Assembly (NCBI GenBank): GCA_964621595.1 | Contig: CAZUPO010000001.1 | Location: 78,758-142,757, forward strand | Source of the DNA: an uncultured Candidatus Saccharibacteria bacterium | Lineage (GTDB): Bacteria; Patescibacteriota; Minisyncoccia; Phycocordibacterales; UBA5272 | Length of the DNA: 64,000 nt | Direction of reading: 5' to 3' | Shown: positions 60,210 through 64,000 of the stretch, piece after piece | Numbering within the stretch: the stretch's first letter is position 1 | Layout of the letters: the number at the start of each line of letters is the position of its first letter | The notes under the pieces: generated by a model | The model's database searches: none | What the model saw: the letters and a program-made list of their open reading frames with translations, nothing else | What the model was told of the DNA's origin: nothing | Translations under genes and position numbers: made by a program

Positions 60210-60644
60210 ATGGCCACATTGTACCTGTTTCAAAATCTCATGCGGCATAAAGAAGCCCTCATGCACGTGAGAATGTTTGACCCGGGCGTTCTCTGGAGCG
60301 GGATGATGGAGCGCATCGGGGCGGATCCGTCCGACCTATCGCCGGCACTCATCGTTGGAGATACCGACGACGATGCACATCGCACCGTGCAGAACAATGG
60401 CGGGAAGACGGTCGAGACGAAAGAACCTATCAAGTTCTTCCGCTTCGATACCATGGCACTGCGCGACGAGGTGCGTGAGCGGATCACGAAACTTCGTCCG
60501 CCTGTGCTCTGGAGCGGAATGATGGAACCGGCGCAAGTCGATGGCGATCCAGACCATTCCCCGGTCCTCCTCGTTAGCGATTCGGTGACCGCCTTCATGT
60601 GCGCAAACGGTGGCGGCACCGAAATCAGGGACGCAGAGATCTGA
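60210..60644 (+). CDS. Orphan protein with internal 72-aa duplication (GC-rich cassette)
   Basis: VLWSGMME twice; GGAGG SD; TTGACA-17-TAGTGT promoter (60153-60181); hairpin plus T-run at 60667-60695. Confidence 0.75.
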   Translation: MATLYLFQNLMRHKEALMHVRMFDPGVLWSGMMERIGADPSDLSPALIVGDTDDDAHRTVQNNGGKTVETKEPIKFFRFDTMALRDEVRERITKLRPPVLWSGMMEPAQVDGDPDHSPVLLVSDSVTAFMCANGGGTEIRDAEI

Positions 60645-60709
60645 CGGCACCCCTCCTCCCGCTTGAGAAGCCCGGCTTCTTGAGCGGGTTTTTCATTTCT
60701 CTTCAATCT

Positions 60710-62938
60710 CTACGCAACCATTTGCTCGGCCTGTTTGAAATCAATCGAAAGTAAACGACTAGCACCATCGACACCAATTGTTACTCCATAGAGCATATCG
60801 CAATGGCTCATAGTTTCGCGATTATGGGTAATGATGAGTAATTTACTATGCTCTGCTAAGCGACGAAGCATAGCACCATACTTGCGGGCATTTGACTCAT
60901 CTAGTGGGGCATCTGTTTCATCGAGTACCATAAATGGTGGTGGTGTTATCGAAGACATCGCAAAAAGAAGTGCAATAGAAACAAGTGCACGTTCGCCACC
61001 AGAGAACATATTTATTTCTTTTACCTTTTTATTCGGAAGAGTCACATCGATCTCAATACCCTGCTCGTGAATTTCCTTTCCCTCTTCGTCAATTTTTGTA
61101 AGTGTTATGACACTGAGTTTACCCTTGCCACCAACAAATACTTCCGCGAAAAATTCACTAAATACTTTGGATACCTGGGCCACACCAGATGAAAACTTTT
61201 CTGTGAGAGTTTTCTCCAAATCATCTACTAAGGTGAGAAGTTTTTCTTCGGATGACTTTATGTCCGCCAACTCTTTCAAGAGATACTCGTCTCGTTCTTT
61301 GGTCGTCTTATACTCCTGAATGATTTCATCTCTATTAGGAACACTAGCTTCCTCAATACGAAGTTTGGATCGCTCAATTGCACGTAAAAGATCATGCTTT
61401 GGAATTGTTTTGTACTTTTCTTCACTCTGCTCTTGGTGGTACGCTGTAATACTACGACCAACGATCATAATACCCTCCTGAAGAAGACTCTCGAAATGCT
61501 GCTTGCGAAGTGCATGCTCGCCCTCTTCTTGCTTGCGAAGTGCAATAACGCTCTCAAGTTCTCGTAATTTACTTTCCAACTTCATCACCTTCTTTTCCTC
61601 TTCATGACGAGAAGAAATAGTTTCCTGAGAAGCTTGATCAAGTGACTCTATCTTACCTTGAACAAACGTGATTTCGTTATTGATATCTCCACTTCGTTTT
61701 TCATGATCTTTGATATTCTCGCTGAGTAAATCGATGTCGTGCTTGATTGCATCTTTATTGATTTTTCCTGCGTCAGCATACTTAGAAAAAAATGTTTTAG
61801 AAATACCCTGCAATTGAGTGGCGTGATCTTGTGCATGTTCATGATCACCACTTAGAATGGAAGAGTGGATGCGTTCAGTGTGATCTTCTATTTTTTCTTT
61901 TACTTCAGTGAATTCGCCGCGTGGAATAGTGATATCGTGTATAACATCTTCTTCATGGAACTGCTTCTCCAGGTAGGATCTCTCCGCTTCTAGTCGACCA
62001 AGTGTTTTTAGCATTTGATCTTTGCGTTCAATGAGAGAACGAAGTTCCGCTTGGAGTGTATATTTCTCCTGCGAAGACATCTCTTCGACATTAGGCTTTT
62101 TTTCTTTAAGAATTTGTAACTCTTTTCGTATTGAATCAGTAACCAAAAGAAGAGATGAGGATGTGCCCTGCTCACGGATGCGCTCATCAAGGAGATGTAA
62201 CTCCTCTTCTTCACGTGTAAGGTATGCAACGAGAAGCCTGTGTAAATTTTTTCTTTCTTCTTCTTGGGACTCGATTTTTTTCACCTGGCGCTCGAGAAGT
62301 AAGAGGTGGGGTTTTATCTCAGTGCGCAAGAGTTCTACTTCACGAACATGGATTTTTACCCGCTCTAGTTTACGCTTACTCTCATTCAGGCGCATATGGT
62401 AGACACGTAGACCAAGCGCATCTTCTATGGCTTCTTTCTTGTCGCGTGGAGATGCCAAGAGTATTCTATCCGCCTCCCCCTGGGATACAAGAGTATGAGC
62501 ACTGCTCCCAATCCCCGCAAACGAGAGCAACTCTTGAACATCCTTAAGACGAATTTTTGCTTCATTTAAAAGATAATCACTTGTCCCATCACTATAAATG
62601 ACTCGTGAGAGCGTAAGTTCATCATACACAAGAAACGGTGCGAGTTCTTCACTTGCATCTCGTGTATCACCTCTCTCACGGTTATCGATAACCATGGTGA
62701 CACTAGCACGAGAGAGAGAAGAGAGATGCTCTGAGCCTTTGAAGATCACATCGGTGCTGGCTTTTCCACGCATACTCTTCATCGATTGCTCACCCAGAAC
62801 AAAACGTATTGCTTCAGCGATGTTGGATTTACCAGAACCGTTTGGACCGACAACACCAGTAACTCGATGAGTAACATCGATTGTAGTTTTCTTGGCAAAG
62901 GATTTGAACCCTTGGATAGTTATATGTGAGAGACGCAT
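60710..62938 (-). CDS. smc: Short SMC-family chromosome segregation ATPase
   Basis: GFKSFA, GPNGSGKSN, VSQG, FSGGE, LDETDAPLD; only 742 aa. Confidence 0.88.
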   Translation of the reverse strand: MRLSHITIQGFKSFAKKTTIDVTHRVTGVVGPNGSGKSNIAEAIRFVLGEQSMKSMRGKASTDVIFKGSEHLSSLSRASVTMVIDNRERGDTRDASEELAPFLVYDELTLSRVIYSDGTSDYLLNEAKIRLKDVQELLSFAGIGSSAHTLVSQGEADRILLASPRDKKEAIEDALGLRVYHMRLNESKRKLERVKIHVREVELLRTEIKPHLLLLERQVKKIESQEEERKNLHRLLVAYLTREEEELHLLDERIREQGTSSSLLLVTDSIRKELQILKEKKPNVEEMSSQEKYTLQAELRSLIERKDQMLKTLGRLEAERSYLEKQFHEEDVIHDITIPRGEFTEVKEKIEDHTERIHSSILSGDHEHAQDHATQLQGISKTFFSKYADAGKINKDAIKHDIDLLSENIKDHEKRSGDINNEITFVQGKIESLDQASQETISSRHEEEKKVMKLESKLRELESVIALRKQEEGEHALRKQHFESLLQEGIMIVGRSITAYHQEQSEEKYKTIPKHDLLRAIERSKLRIEEASVPNRDEIIQEYKTTKERDEYLLKELADIKSSEEKLLTLVDDLEKTLTEKFSSGVAQVSKVFSEFFAEVFVGGKGKLSVITLTKIDEEGKEIHEQGIEIDVTLPNKKVKEINMFSGGERALVSIALLFAMSSITPPPFMVLDETDAPLDESNARKYGAMLRRLAEHSKLLIITHNRETMSHCDMLYGVTIGVDGASRLLSIDFKQAEQMVA

Positions 62939-63042
62939 AGAAACTAGTAAGATGTATTAGTAATGAAGGAAAAGGACTTCCCTTACAACGCTGTACATCA
63001 AAATACTTACGTCAGTGTATCACGGAGTGCTGGTAACTTTAT

Positions 63043-63495
63043 TCACAAACCCTGTAGAAAGATATATATCGCCCGGAACATATAATGCGCTACAATTACC
63101 CCGACGAAGATACCTGCGATGATGTCCTTATAGTCATGAACCTTCAACCTAACTCGAGCAAATACGATAATCACTGACATAAGAATAACCGCCCAGAAAA
63201 TAGGATAACCCTGCAGATAGGTACTATAGGAAATGGAAGCAAGACCCGTTGCATGTCCTGATGGAAATGCGTATACATCGTGTGAAGAAAAAACTCTCTC
63301 TGCACTACGAGGTTTGCGCACAAGGTACTTTATTACACTGGTACAAAGAAGGGCGAGGAGTGTACTTGTACCTGCCGCAATAATAAATAGTGCAGCTTCT
63401 CGTGCAGATGACGTAAAGAGCGCATTTGCACTCACCACTATAGGAACAAACCATACAAGACGCTTTGCGCTATAAGAAAAAATAGTTTTCTTCAT
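63043..63495 (-). CDS. PAP2-family phosphatase
   Basis: K...R.PR, FPSGH, R....H...D motifs. Confidence 0.88.
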   Translation of the reverse strand: MKKTIFSYSAKRLVWFVPIVVSANALFTSSAREAALFIIAAGTSTLLALLCTSVIKYLVRKPRSAERVFSSHDVYAFPSGHATGLASISYSTYLQGYPIFWAVILMSVIIVFARVRLKVHDYKDIIAGIFVGVIVAHYMFRAIYIFLQGL

Positions 63496-63545
63496 ACTAT
63501 CTACACAATAATACCACATCGCATATATGCTAAACTCTAGAGATT

Positions 63546-64000
63546 ATGACGTTACTACACACTATCATACTTGGAATTGTCGAAGGACTTACAGAATTTT
63601 TGCCAGTATCCTCTACTGGTCATATGATACTTGTGTCACATTTTTTGCATATCCCAGAGGATGTCGCTCTAACGACGTTTGAAATCGCAGTGCAAGTCGG
63701 TGCGATTCTTGCTGTTGTTGTGACCTACTATAAAAAACTTTTTGATATAGAGATGATCAAAAAGTTAATCCTAGCATTCATACCTACTGGCGTGGTTGGT
63801 CTTTTTGTTTTCCCATACATCAAAAACTTACTAACCTCCCCAATCATTGTTGCATCTATGCTTGTTCTTGGTGGACTATGCATCATTATCCTGGAACACA
63901 GATACGAAAAACAAACTGAGGAAGGAAAAATTATTGAGATTTTTAATCTGTCATATAAAAATGCTTTCATCCTTGGAGTACTTCAATCTCTGGCGATCAT
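63546..64000 (+). CDS. uppP: Undecaprenyl-diphosphate phosphatase, 3' partial
   Basis: Hand translation gives MTLLHTIILGIVEGLTEFLPVSSTGHM; runs off the window end, so it is absent from the ORF track. Confidence 0.93.
   Translation, partial: MTLLHTIILGIVEGLTEFLPVSSTGHMILVSHFLHIPEDVALTTFEIAVQVGAILAVVVTYYKKLFDIEMIKKLILAFIPTGVVGLFVFPYIKNLLTSPIIVASMLVLGGLCIIILEHRYEKQTEEGKIIEIFNLSYKNAFILGVLQSLAI

Overview
Gene-dense bacterial chromosome segment read with the standard genetic code (RF2 is present). It is most likely from a Patescibacteria/CPR (Parcubacteria-like) genome; this is inferred from the compact dnaX/prfB/smc, the GT4-GH57-GH15 operon, the cohesin/dockerin surface proteins and the SD-less housekeeping genes. 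Core genes: dnaX, dus, ftsQ-like, serS, prfB, ftsEX, rarA, trmD, khpA, rpsP, rnr, smc, uppP and five tRNAs. Main points of interest: (1) a ~160-bp highly structured non-coding element sits behind both tRNA-Ala and tRNA-Gln. It has a shared covarying core, but its ends and internal antisense segments are copied from whichever tRNA hosts it. (2) An AT-rich PaaK-like ligase / ThiF (Rv1355c-type) / nitroreductase cassette runs directly into two multi-TM histidine kinase + receiver pairs, a candidate small-molecule signal synthesis-and-sensing system. (3) A ~13.6-kb surface-structure cluster encodes three paralogous pilin/WxL-like subunits, a DUF916-like partner, a dockerin and cohesins. (4) An alternative oxidase. 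(5) Six GC-rich orphan genes each carry their own sigma70 promoter, Shine-Dalgarno and terminator, against a background of apparently leaderless housekeeping genes. No CRISPR array, rRNA, integrase or transposase was seen. All product calls rest on motif recognition by eye; no database searches were run.
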